DNA from: the human T2T-CHM13v2.0 reference genome, Homo sapiens
DNA length: 64,000 bases
Strand: one strand, 5' to 3'
Assembly (NCBI RefSeq): GCF_009914755.1
Contig: NC_060933.1
The notes under the pieces are model-generated. The model searched no databases and had not been told where the DNA came from. It saw only the letters and a list, made by a program, of their open reading frames with translations. Every line of letters begins with the position of its first letter. Positions within the stretch are counted from its first letter, which is position 1. A program made the translations under genes and the position numbers. Shown here piece by piece: positions 28,566 through 43,500 of the stretch.

Positions 28566-28615
28566 GGAATGGAATGGAATGGAATGGAATGGAATGGTAT
28601 GGAATGGAATGGAAT
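28516..28615. other. Right inversion junction; ~100-bp quasi-palindrome
   Basis: (ATTCC)n-ATT-ACGG-AAT-(GGAAT)n is centred on CpG 28565-28566, with three mismatched pairs over 50-bp arms. Confidence 0.93.
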
Positions 28616-31600
28616 GGTACTGAATAGAATGGAATGGAATGAATTGTAATGGAATGGAATTGAATGGAATGGAATAGAATCAACGCGAGTGCAGGGGAAT
28701 GTAATGGAACGGAATGCAATGGAATGGAATCATCCGGAATGGAATGGAATGGAATGGAATGGAATGGAATGGAATGGAATGGAATCAACCCGAGTGCAAT
28801 GGAATGGAGTGGAATTCAATGGAATGGAATGGAACAACCCGAATGGAGTGGAATGTAATGGAGAGTAAGGGAGTTGAATAGAATCAATCCGAATGTAATG
28901 GAATGGAATGCAACGGAATGGAATGGAATGGAATGGAATGGAATGCAATGGAATGGAATCAACCCGAGTACAATGGAATGGAATGGAATGGAATGGAATG
29001 GAATGGAATGGAATGATACGGAATAGAATGGAATGGAACGAAATGGAATGGAATGGAATGGAATGGAATGGAATGGAATGAAATGGAATCGTTCCGAGTG
29101 GAATAGGAGGGAATGTGTTCGAGTGGAATGGAAAGGAATGGTATCAACCAGAGTGGAATGGAAGGGAATGGAATGGAATGGAAACTAATAGAATGGAATC
29201 AACCCGATTGGAATGGAATGGAAAGGACTGGAATGGAATGGAATGGAATGGAATCAACTCGATTGTAATGGAATGGAATGGAATGGAATGGAATGGAATG
29301 GAATTAACCCGAATACAATGGAATGGAATGGAATGGAACGGAATGGAGTGGAATGGAATGGAATCAACCCGAGTGCAGGGGAATGGAATGGAATGGAATG
29401 CAATGGAATGGAATCATCCGGAATGGAATGGAATGGAATTGAATGCAAAGCAATGGAATCAACTCGATAGCAATGGAATGGAATGGAATGGAAAGGAATA
29501 CATTGGAATCAACGCGAGTGGAATGGAATGGAAAGGACTGGAATGCAGTGGAATGGAATGGAATGGAATGGAATGGAATCAACTCGATTGGAATGGAATG
29601 GAATGGAATGGAATTGAATTAACCCGAATAGAATGGAATGGAATGGAATGGAACGGAACGGAATGGAATGGAATGGAATGGAATGGAATGGAATGGAACG
29701 AAAAGGAATGGAATCAACCCGAGTGGAAAGGACTGGAATGGAGTGGAATGGAATGGAATGGAATGGAATGGAATGGAATCAACTCGATTGGAATGGAATG
29801 GAATGCAATGGAATGGAATTAACCCGAATAGAATGGAATGGAATGGAATGGAACGTAATGGAATGGAATGGAATGGAATGGAATGGAATGCAATGGAATG
29901 GAATCAACCCGAGTACAATGAAATGGAATGGAATAGAATGGAATGGAATGGAATGGAATGGAATGGAATGCCTTCAAACTGAATGGAATGGAAAGGAATG
30001 GAATCAACACGAGTGGAATGGAATGGAATGGTACGGAATGGAATGGAATGGAACGAAATGGAATGGAATGGAATGGAATGGAATGGAATGGAATGGAATG
30101 GAAAGGAATGGAATCGTTCCGAGTGGAATAGGAGGGAATGTATTCGAGTGGAATGGAAAGGAATGGAATCAACCAGAGTGGAATGAAAGGGAATGGAATG
30201 GAATGGAAACTAATAGAATGGAATCAACCCGAGTGGAATGGAATGGAAAGGACTGGAATGGAATGGAATGGAATGGAATGGAATCAACTCGATTTTAATG
30301 GAATGGAATGGAATGGAATGGAATGGAATGGAATGGAATGCAATGGAATGGAATGGAATGGAATGCAATGGAATTAACCCGAATACAATGGAATGGAATG
30401 GAATGGAACGGAATGGAGTGGAATGGAATGGAATCAACCCGAGTGCAGGGTAATGGAATGCAATGGAATGCAATGGAAAGGAATCATCCGGAATGGAATG
30501 GAATGGAATGGAATGCAAAGAAATGGAATCAACTCGATTGCAATGGAATCGAATGGAATGGAAAGGAATAGAATGGAATCAACCCGAGTGGAATGGAATG
30601 GAAAGGACTGGAATTGAGTGGAATGGAATGGAATGGAATGGAATGCAATCAACTCGATTGGAATGGAATGGAATGGAATAGAATTAACCAGAATAGAATG
30701 GAATGGAATGGAATGGAACGGAACGGAACGGAATGGAATGGAATGGAATGGAATGGAATGGAATGGAATGGAATCAACCCGACTGCAGGGGAATTGAATG
30801 GAATGGAATGCAATGGAATGGAATCATCCGGAACGGAATGGAATGGAATGGAATGGAATCAACTCGACTGCAATGGAATGGAATGGAATGGAATGGAATG
30901 GAATGGAATGGAATGGAATGGAATTAATCCGAATAGAATGGAATCAACGCGAGTGGAATGGAATGGAAAGGTCTGGAATTGAGGGGAATGGAATGGAATG
31001 GAATGGGATGGAATCAACTCGATTGGAATGGAATGGAATGGAATGGAATGGAATGGAATGGAATTAACACGAATAGAATTGAATGGAATGGAATGGAACG
31101 GAACGGAACGGAATGGAATGGAATGGAATGGAATGGAATGGAATCAACCCGACGGCAGGGGAATGGAATGGAATGGAATGGAATGGAATGGAATCATCCG
31201 GAACGGAATGGAATGGAATGGAATGGAATAAACTCGATTGCAATGGAATGGAATGGAATGGAATGGAATCGAATGGAATGGAATGGAATTAACCCGAATA
31301 GAATGGAATGGAATGGAATGGAAAGGAATGGAAGGGAATGGAATGGAATGTAATCAACCCGAGTGCAGGGGAATGGAATAGAATGGAATGCAATGGAATG
31401 GAATCATCCGGAATGGAATGGAATGGAATGGAATGCAATCAAACTGATGCAATGGAATGGAGTGGAATGGAATGGAATGGAATGGAAACATCCCGAATGG
31501 AATGGAATGTAATGGAGTGTAAGGGAATTGAATACATTCAATCCGAATGTAATGGAATGGAATGGGATGAAATGGAATTGAATGGAATGGAATGGAATCA

Positions 31601-34600
31601 ACCCGAGTGCAATGGAATGGATTCGAATGGAATGGAATGGAATGGAATGGATTCAACAAGAATGGAATGGAAAGGAATGGAACCAACCCGAGTGTAATGG
31701 CATGGAATGGAACGGAATGGAATGGGAAGGAATGGAATGGTACGGATTAGAATGGAATGGAATGAAATGAAATGGAATGGAATGGAATGGAATGGAATGG
31801 AATGGAATGGAATGAACCCGTGTGCAATGGAATGGAATGGAGTGGAATGGAATGGATTCAACTCGAATGGAATCAACTCGATTGCAATGGAATGGAATGG
31901 AATGGAAAGGAATAGAATGCAATCAACCCGAGTGGAATGAAATGGAAAGGACTGAAATGGAGTGGAATGGAATGGAATGGAATTAACCCGAATAGAATGG
32001 AATGGAACGGAATGGAACGCAATGTAATGCAATGGAACGGAATGGAATCAATCCGAGTGCAGGGGAATGGAATGGAATGGAATGCAATGGAACGGAATGA
32101 CCCGGAATGGAATGGAATGGAATGGAATGGAATAGAATGGAAAGGAATCAACTCGATTTCAATGGAATGGAATGGAATAGAATGGAATGGAATTAACACG
32201 AATGGAATGGAATGGAATGGAATGGAATGGAATGGAACAGAAAGGAATGGAATGGAATGGAATGGAATCAACCCAAGTGCAGGGGAATGGAATGGAATGG
32301 AATTCTATGGAATGGAATCATCAGAATGGAATGGAATGGAATGGAATGGAATGGAATGGAATGAACCCGAGTGCAATGGAATGGAGAGGAATGGAATGGA
32401 ATGGAATGGAAACTACCCGATTGTATTGTAATGTAATGCAGTGTAAGGGAATTGAATAGAATGAATCCGAATGGAATGGAATGTAATGGAAAGGAATGGA
32501 ATGGAATGGAATGGAATGGAATGGAATGGAATCAACTCGATTGCAATCGAATGGAATGGAATGGAATTAACCCGAATAGAATGGAATGGAATGGAATGGA
32601 ATGGAATCGAAAGGAACGGAATGGAATGGTATGGAATGGAATGGAATGGAATGGAACGGAACGGAACGGAACGGAATGGAATGGAATCGAATGGAATGGA
32701 ATCAACGCGAGTTCAGGGGAATGGAATGGAATGGAATGCAATGGAATGGAAACTTCCGGAATGGAATGGAATGGAATGGAATAGAATGGAATGGAATGGA
32801 ATGGAATGGAATCAACCCGAGTACAGGGGAACGGAATGGAATGTAATGCAATGGAATGGAATCATTCGTAATGGAATGGAAAGGAATGGAATGGAATGGA
32901 ATGGAATGGAATGGAATGGAATCAACTCGATTGCAATCGAATGGAATGGAATGGAATTAACCCGAATACAATGGAATGGAATGGAACGGAACGGAACGGA
33001 ACGGAATGGAATGGAATGCAATGGAACGGAACGGAACGGAACGGAATGGAATGGAATGGAATGGAATGGAATGGAATCAACGCGAGTGCAGGGGAATGGA
33101 ATGGAATGGATTGCAATGGAATGGAATCTTCCGGAATGGAATGGAATGGAATGGAATGGAATGCAATGGATTCAACTCGATTGCAATGGAATGGAATAGA
33201 ATGGAATGGAATGGAATGAATTGTAATTAACCCGCATAGAATGGAATGGAATGGAATGGAACGGAACGGAACGGAATGGAAAGGAAAAGAATGGAATGCA
33301 ATGGAATGGAATGGAATTGTATGGAATGGAATGGAGTGGTACGGAATAGAATGGAATGGAAAGAATTGGAATGGAATGGAATCGAATGGAATGGAATGGA
33401 ATGGAATGGAATCAACCGGAGTGCAGGGGAATGTAATGGAACGGAATGCAATGGAATGGAATCAACCGGAATGGAATGGAATGGAATGGAATGGAATGGA
33501 ATCAACCCGAGTGCAATGGAATGGAGTGGAATGGAATGGAATGGAATGGAACAACCCGAATGGAATGGAATGTAATGGAGAGTAAGGGAGTTGAATAGAA
33601 TCAATCCGATTGTAATGGAATGGAACGGAATGGAATGGAATGGAATGGAATGGAATGGAATGGAATGGAATGCAATGGAATGGAATCAACCCGAGTACAA
33701 TGGAATGGAATGGAATGGAATGGAATGGAATGGAATGGAATGCAATGGAATGGAATCATCCGGAGTGGAATGGAATGGAATGGAATGGAATGGAATGGAA
33801 TCAACCCGAGTGAAAAGGAATGGAGTGAAATGGAATGGAATGGAAGGGAATGGAATTGAATGGAATCAACCCGAGAGCAGGGGAATGGAATTGAATGGAA
33901 TGCAATGGAATGGAATCATCCGGAATGGAATGGAATGCAATCAACCTGATGCAATGGAATGGAGTGGAATGGAATGGAATGGAATGGAAACATCCCGAAT
34001 GGAATGGAATGTAATGGAGTGTAAGGGAATTGAATAGAATCAATCCGAATGTAATGGAAGGGAATGGAATGAAATGAAATGGAATTGAATGGAATGGAAT
34101 CAACCCGAGTACAATGGAATGGAGTCGAATGGAATGGAATGGAATGAAATGGATTCAACAAGAATGGAATGGAAAGGAATGGAATCAACCCGTGTGTAAT
34201 GGCATGGAATGGAACGGAATGGAATGGGATGGAATGGAATGGTACGGAATAGAATGGAATGGAATGAAATGGAATGGAATGGAATGGAATGAAATGGAAT
34301 GGAATGGAATGGAATGGAATGGAATGGAATGGAACGAAACCGTGTGCAATGGAATGGAATGGATTGGAATGGAATGGATTCAACTCGAATGGAATCAACT
34401 CGACAGCATTGGAATGGAATGGAATGGAAAGGAATAGAATGGAATCAACCCGAGTGGAAAGGAATGGAAAGGACTGGAATGGAGTGGAATGGAATGGAAT
34501 GGAATTAACCCGCATAGAATGGAATGGAACGGAATGCAACGGAATTGAATGGAATGGAAAGGAATGGAATCAACCCGAGTGCAGGCTAGTGGAATGGAAT

Positions 34601-37529
34601 GGAATGCAATGGAATGGAATCATCCGGAATGGAACGGAATGGAATGGAATGGAATCAACCAAAGTGCAATGGAATGGAGTGAAATGGAATGGAATAGAAT
34701 GGAAACAACCAGAATGGATTGCAATATAATGGAGTGTAAGGGAATTGAATAGAATCAATCTGAATGTAATGAAATGGAATGGAACGGAATGGAATGGAAT
34801 GGAATGGAATGGAATCAACACGAGTGCAATGGAATAGATTCGAATGCAATGGAATGGAATGGAAAGGATTCAACCCGAATGGAATGGAATCGAATGGAAT
34901 CAACCAGAATGGAATGGCACGGAATGGAATGGAATGGAATGGAATGGAATGGAATGGAATGGAATGGTTCGGAATAGAAAGGATTGGAACGAAATGAAAT
35001 GGAACGGAATGGAAAGGAATGGAATGGAATGGAATGGAATGGAATCAACTCGATTGCAATGGAATGGAATGGAATGGAATGGAATGGAATGGAATGGAAC
35101 CGAATGGAATATAATGGAATGGAATGGAATCAACCCGAGTGCAGGGGAATGGAGTGGAATGGAATGCAATGGAATGGAATCAACCCGAGTACAGGGGAAT
35201 GCAATGGAATGGAATGCAATGGAATGGAATCATCCGTAATGGAATGGAAAGGAATGGAATGGAATGGAATGGAAAGGAATGGAATGGAATCAACTCGAGT
35301 GGAATGGAATGGAATGGAATGGATTGGAATGGATTGCAATGGAATGAAATGGAATGGAATGGAATGGAATCAATCATTCCGAGTGGAATGGAAGGGAAAG
35401 TAATGGAGTGGAAGAAAGGAATGGAATAACCCCGAGAGGAATGCAAGGGAATGGAATGGAATGGAATGGAAAGGAATGGCATGGAATCAACCCAAGTGGA
35501 ATGGAATGCAAAGGAATGGAATGGAATGGAATCAATCAACCCGAGTGCAATGGAACCGAATAGAATGCAATGGAATGCAATGGAAACTACCCGAATGGAA
35601 TGGAATGTAATGGAGTGTAAAGGAATTGAAAAGAATCAATCAGAGTGTAATGGAATGGAATGGAACGGAATGGAATGGAATGAAATGGAATGGAATGGAA
35701 TCGAATGGAATGGAATGGAATGGAATCAACCCGAGTGCAATGGTATGGAATGGAATGGAATGGAATGGAATGGAATGGAATGGAATGGATTGAACCCGAA
35801 TGGAATGGAAAGGAATGGAATCAAACCGAGTGGAATGGCATGGAATGGAATGGAATGGAATGGTATGGAATAGAATGGAATGGAACGAAATGGAATGGAA
35901 TGGAATGGAATGAAATGGAATGGAATGGAACGGAATGAACCCGTGTGCAATGGAATGGAATGGAATGGAATGGAATGGAATGGAATGGAATGGAATGCAA
36001 TGGATTCAACTCGAATGGAATGGAAAGGAATGGAATCAACCCGAGCGGAATGGCATGGCATGGAATGGAATGGAACGGAATGGAGTGGAATGGAATGGAA
36101 CAGTACTTAACAGAATGGAATGGAACGATATGGAATGGAATGGAATGGAATGGAATCGAAAGGAATGGAATCATTCCGACTGGAATAGAAGGGAATGTAT
36201 TCGAGTGGAATGGAAAGGAATGGAATCAACCAGAGTGGAATGGAAGGGAATGGAATGGAATGGAAATGAATAGAATGGAATCAACCCGAGTGGAATGGAA
36301 TGGAAAGGACTGGAATGGAATGGAATGGAATGGAATCAACTCGATTGTAATGGAATGGAATGGAATGGAATGGAATGGAATGGAATGGAATCAACTCGAT
36401 GGCAATCGAATGGAATGGAATGGAATTAACCCGAATATAATGGAATGGAATGGAATGGAACGGAACGGAATGGAATGGAATGAAATGGAATGGAACGGAA
36501 CGGAATGGAATGGAATGGAATGGAATGGAATGGAATCAACGCGAGTGCAGGGGAATGGAATGGAATGGAATGCAGTGGGTTGGAAACTTCCGGAATGGAA
36601 TGGAATGGAATGGAATGGAATGGAATTGAATGAAAGGCAATGGATTCAAATCGATTGCAATGGAGTGGAATAGAATGGAATGGAATGGAATGGAATGGAA
36701 TGGAATGGAATGGAATTGAATGGAATGGAATGCCTTCAAACCGAATGGAATGGAAAGGAATGGAATCAACACGAGTGGAAAGCAATGGAATGGAAAGGAA
36801 TGGAATGGAATGGAATGGTATGGAATAGAATGGAATCGAACGAACTGGAATGGAATGGAATGGAATGGAATGGAATGGAATGGAATGGAATCGTTCCGAG
36901 TGGAATAGGAGGGAATGTATTCGAGTGGAATGGAAAGGAATGGAATCAACCAGAGTGGAATGGAAGGGAATGGAATGGAATGGACACTAATAGAATGGAA
37001 TCAACCTGAGTGGAAAGGAATGGAAAGGAATGGAATGGAATGGAATGGAATGGAATCAACTCGATTGTAATGGAATGGAATGGAATGGAATGGAATGGAA
37101 TGGAATTAACCCGAATACAATGGAATGGAATGGAATGGAACGGAATGGAGTGGAATGGAATGGAATCAACCCGAGTGCAGGGGAATGGAATGGAATGGAA
37201 TGCAATGGAATGGAATCATCCGGAATGGAATGGTATGGAATGGAATGCAAAGCAATGGAATCAACTCAATTGCAATGGAATGGAATGGAATGGAAAGGAA
37301 TAGAATTGAATCAACCTGAGTGTAATGGAATGGAAAGGACTGGAATGGAGTGGAATGGAATGGAATGGAATGGAATGGAATCAACTCGATTGGAATGGAA
37401 TCTAATGGAATGGAATGGAATGGAATGGAATGGAATTAACCCGAATAGAATGGAATGGAATGGAATGGAACGGAATGGAATGGAATGGAATGGAATGGAA
37501 TGGAATGGAATGGAATGGAATGGAATGGA

Positions 37530-40500
37530 ATCAACCCGACTGCAGGGGAATGGAATGGAATGGAATGGAATGGAATGGAATCATCCGGAACGCAATGGAA
37601 TGGAATGGAATGGAATCAACTCGATTGCAATGGAATGGAATGGAATGGAATGGAATCGAATGGAATGGAATGGAATTAACCGGAATAGAATGGAATGGAA
37701 TGGAATGGAACGGAATGGAATGGAATGGAATGGAATGGAATCAACCCGAGTGCAGGGGAATGGAATGGAATGGAATGCAATGGAATGGAATCATCCGGAA
37801 TGGAATGGAATGGAATGGAATGCAATCAACCTGATGCAATGGAATGGAGTGGAATGGAATGGAATGGAATGGAAACATCCCGAATGGAATGGAATGTAAT
37901 GCAGTGTAAGGGAATTGAATAGAATCCATCCGAATGTAATGGAATGGAATGGAATGAAATGGAATGGAATGGAATGGAATGGAATCAACCCGAGTGCAAT
38001 GGAATGGATTCGAACGGAATGGAATGGAATGGAATGGATTCAACAAGAATGGAATGGAAAGGAATGGAATCAACCCGAGTGTAATGGCATGGAATGGAAC
38101 GGAATGGAATGGGATGGAATGGAATGGTACGGAATAGAATGGAATGGAATGAAATGGAATGGAATGGAATGGAATGGAATGGAATGGAATGGAATGAACC
38201 CGTGTGCAATGGAATGGAATGGAATGGAATGGAATGGATTCAACTCGAATGGAATCAACTCGATTGCAATGGAATGGAATGGAATTGAAAGGAATAGAAT
38301 GGAATCATCCCGAGTGGAATGGAATGGAAAGGACTGGAATGGAGTGGAATGGAATGGAATGGTATTAACCCGAATAGAATGAAATGGAACGGAATGGAAT
38401 GGAATGTAATGGAATGGAATGGAATGGAATCAACCCGAGTGCAGGGGAATGGAATGGAATGGAATGCAATGGAATGGAATCATCCGGAATGGAATGGAAT
38501 GGAATGGAATGGAATGGAATGGAATGGAATCAACTCGATTTCAATGGAATGGAATGGAATAGAATGGAATGGAATTAACACGAATAGAATGGAATGGAAT
38601 GGAATGGAATGGAACAGAAAGGAATGGAATGGAATGGAATGGAATCAACCCAAGTGAAGTGGAATGGAATGGAATGGAATTCAATGGAATGGAATCATCC
38701 GGAATGGAATGGAATGGAATGAAATGGAATGGAATGGAATGGAATCAACCCGAGTGCAATGGAATGGAGAGGAATGGAATGGAATGGAATGGAAACTACA
38801 CGAATCGAATGGAATGTAATGGAGTGTAAGGGAATTGAATAGAATGAATCCGAATGGAATGGAATGGAATGGAATCAACGCGAGTGCAGGGGAATGGAAT
38901 GTAATGGAATGCAATGGAATGGACTCTTCCAGAATGGAATGGAATGCAATGGAATGCAATGGATTCAACTCGATTGCAATGGAATGGAATAGAATGGAAT
39001 GGAATGGAATGGAATGGAATTAACCCGAATAGAATGGAATGGAATGGAACGGAATGGAACGGAACGGAATGGAATGGAATGGAATGGAATGGTGTGGAAT
39101 GGAATGGAATGGAATGGAATCAACGCGAGTGCAGGGGAATGTAATGGAACGGAATGTAATGGAATGGAATCATCCGGAATGGAATGGAATGGAATGAAAT
39201 GCAATGGATTCAACTCGATTGCAATGGAATGGAATGGAATGGAATGGAATGGAACGGAATGGAACGGAACGGAATGGAATGGAATGGAATGGAATGGAAT
39301 GGTATGGAATGGAATGGAATGGTACGGAATAGAATGGAATGGAACGAATTGTAATGGAATGGAATTGAATGGAATGGAATGGAATCAACGCGAGTGCAGG
39401 GGAATGTAATGGAACGGAATGCAATGGAATGGAATCATCCGGAATGGAATGGAATGGAATGGAATGGAATCAACCCGAGTGCAATGGAATGGAGTGGAAT
39501 GGAATGGAATGGAATGGAACAACCCGAATGGAATGGAATGTAATGGAGAGTAAGGGAGTTGAATAGAATCAATCCGAATGTAATGGAATGGAATGGAACG
39601 GAATGGAATGGAATGGAATGGAATGCAATTGAATGGAATCAACCCGAGTACAATGGAATGGAATGGAATGGAACGGAATGGAATGGAATGGCTTCAAACA
39701 GAATGGAATGGAAACGAATGGAATCAACACTAGTGGAATGGAATGGAATGGAATGGAATGCAATCGAATGGAATGGAATGGTATGGAGTAGAAAGGAATG
39801 GAAAGAAATGGAATGGAATGGAATGGAATGGAATGGAATCGTTCCGAGTGGAATAGGAGGGAATGTATTCGAGTGGATTGGAAAGGAATGGAATCAACCA
39901 GAGTGGAATGGAAGGGAATGAAATGGAATGGAAACTAATAGAATGGAATCAACCAGAGTGGAATGGAATGGAAAGTTCTGGAATGGAATGGAATGGAATG
40001 GAATGGAATGGAATGGAATGGAATCAACTCGATTGTAATGGAATGGAATGGAATGGAATGGAATGGAATGGAATGGAATGGAATGGAATGGAATTAACCC
40101 AAATACAATGGAATGGAATGGAATGGAACGGAATGGAGTGGAATGGAATGGAATCAACCCGAGTGCAGGGGAATGGAATGGAATGGAATGCAATGGAATG
40201 GAATCATCCGGAATGGAATGGAATGGAATGGAATGCAAAGCAATGGAATCAACTCGATTCCAATGGAATGGAATGGACTGGAAAGGAATACATTGGAATC
40301 AACCCGAGTGGAATGGAATGGAAAGGACTGGAATGGAGTGGAATGGAATGGAATGGAATGGAATGGAATGGAATCAACTCGATTGGAATGGAATGGAATG
40401 GAATGGAATAGAATGGAATGGAATTAACCCGAATAGAATGGAATGGAATGGAATGGAACGGAACGGAATGGAATGGAATGGAATGGAATTGAATGGAATG

Positions 40501-43500
40501 GAATTGAATCAACCCGACTGCAGGGGAATGGAATGGAATGGAATGAAATGGAATGGATTCAACTTGAATGGAATGGAAGGAATGGAATCAACACGAGTGG
40601 AATGGCATGGATTGGAATGGAATGGAATGGAATGAACCCGAGTACAGGGGAATGGAATGGAATGGAATGCAATGGAATGGAATCATCCGTAATGGAATGG
40701 AAAGGAATGGAATGGAATGGAATGGAATGGAATGGAATCAACTCGATTGCAATCGAATGGAATGGAATGGAATTAACCCGAATGGAATGGAATGGAATGG
40801 AATCAACCCGACTGCAGGGGAATGGAATGGAATGGAATGGAATGGAATGGAATGGAATCATCCGGAACGGAATGGAATGGAATGGAATGGAATCAACTCG
40901 ATTGCCATGGAATGGAATGGAATGGAATGGAATCGAATGGAATGGAATGGAATTAACCGGAATAGAATGGAATGGAACGGAAAGGAATGGAATGGAATGG
41001 AATGGAATGGAATGGAATCAACCCGAGTGCAGGGGAATGGAATGGAATGGAATGCAATGGAATGGAATCATCCGGAATGGAATGGAATGGAATGGAATGC
41101 AATCAACCAGATGCAATGGAATGGAGTGGAATGGAATGGAATGGAATGGAAACATCCCGAATGGAATGGAATGTAATGCAGTGTAAGGGAATTGAATAGA
41201 ATCAATCCGAATGTAATGGAATGGAATGGAATGAAATGGAATGGAATGGAATGGAATGGAATCAACCCGAGTGCAATGGAATGGATTCGAACGGAATGGA
41301 ATGGAATGGAATGGATTCCACAAGAATGGAATGGAAAGGAATGGAATCAACCCGAGTGTAATGGCATGGAATGGAACGGAATGGAATGGGATGGAATGGA
41401 ATGGTACGGAATAGAATGGAATGGAATGAAATGGAATGGAATGGAATGGAATGGAATGGAATGGAATGGAATGGAATGGAATGGAATGAACCCGTGTGCA
41501 ATGGAATGGAATGGAATGGAATGGAATGGATTCAACTCGAATGGAATCAACTCGATTGCAATGGAATGGAATGGAATTGAAAGGAATAGAATGGAATCAT
41601 CCCGAGTGGAATGGAATGGAAAGGACTGGAATGGAGTGTAATGGAATGGAATGGTATTAACCCAAATAGAATGAAATGGAACGGAATGGAATGGAATGTA
41701 ATGGAATGGAATGGAATGGAATCAACCCGAGTGCAGGGGAATGGAATGGAATGGAATGCAATGGAATGGAATCATCCGGAATGGAATGGAATGGAATGGA
41801 ATGGAATGGAATGGAATGGAATGGAATGGAATGGAATCAACTCGATTTCAATGGAATGGAATGGAATAGAATGGAATGGAATTAACACGAATAGAATGGA
41901 ATGGAATGGAATGGAATGGAACAGAAAGGAATGGAATGGAATGGAATGGAATCAACCCAAGTGAAGTGGAATGGAATGCAATGGAATTCAATGGAATGGA
42001 ATCATCCGGAATGGAATGGAATGGAATGAAATGGAATGGAATGGAATGGAATCAACCCGAGTGCAATGGAATGGAGAGGAATGGAATGGAATGGAATGGA
42101 AACTACACGAATCGAATGGAATGTAATGGAGTGTAAGGGAATTGAATAGAATGAATCCGAATGGAATGGAATGGAATGGAATCAACGCGAGTGCAGGGGA
42201 ATGGAATGTAATGGAATGCAATGGAATGGACTCTTCCAGAATGGAATGGAATGGAATGGAATGCAATGGATTCAACTCGATTGCAATGGAATGGAATAGA
42301 ATGGAATGGAATGGAATGGAATGGAATTAACCCGAATAGAATGGAATGGAATTGAACGGAATGGAACGGAAGGGAATGGAATGGAATGGAATGGAATGGA
42401 ATGGTGTGGAATGGAATGGAATGGAATGGAATCAACGCGAGTGCAGGGGAATGTAATGGAACGGAATGTAATGGAATGGAATCATCCGGAATGGAATGGA
42501 ATGGAATGAAATGCAATGGATTCAACTCGATTGCAATGGAATGGAATGGAATGGAATGGAATGGAACGGAATGGAACGGAACGGAATGGAATGGAATGGA
42601 ATGGAATGGAATGTTATGGAATGGAATGCAATGGTACGGAATAGAATGGAATGGAACGAATTATAATGGAATGGAATTGAATGGAATGGAATGGAATGGA
42701 ATCAACGCAAGTGCAGGGGAATGTAATGGAACGGAATGCAATGGAATGGAATCATCCGGAATGGAATGGAATGGAATGGAATGGAATCAACCCGAGTGCA
42801 ATGGAATGGAGTGGAATGGAATGGAATGGAATGGAACAACCCGAATGGAATGGAATGTAATGGAGAGTAAGGGAGTTGAATAGAATCAATCCGAATGTAA
42901 TGGAATGGAATGGAACGGAATGGAATGGAATGGAATGGAATGCAATTGAATGGAATCAACCCGAGTACAATGGAATGGAATGGAATGGAACGGAATGGAA
43001 TGGAATGGCTTCAAACAGAATGGAATGGAAACGAATGGAATCAACACTAGTGGAATGGAATGGAATGGAATGGAATGCAATCGAATGCAATGGAATGGTA
43101 TGGAGTAGAATGGAATGGAAAGAAATGGAATGGAATGGAATGGAATGCAATGGAATCGTTCCGAGTGGAATAGGAGGGAATGTATTCGAGTGGATTGGAA
43201 AGGAATGGAATCAACCAGAGTGGAATGGAAGGGAATGAAATGGAATGGAAACTAATAGAATGGAATCAACCCGAGTGGAATGGAATGGAAAGTTGTGGAA
43301 TGGAATGGAATTGAATGGAATGGAATGGAATGGAATCAACTCGATTGTAATGTAATGGAATGGAATGGAATGGAATGGAATGGAATGGAATGGAATTAAC
43401 CCAAATACAATGGAATGGAATGGAACGGAACGGAATGGAGTGGAATGGAATGGAATCAACCCGAGTGCAGGGGAATGGAATGGAATGGAATGCAATGGAA

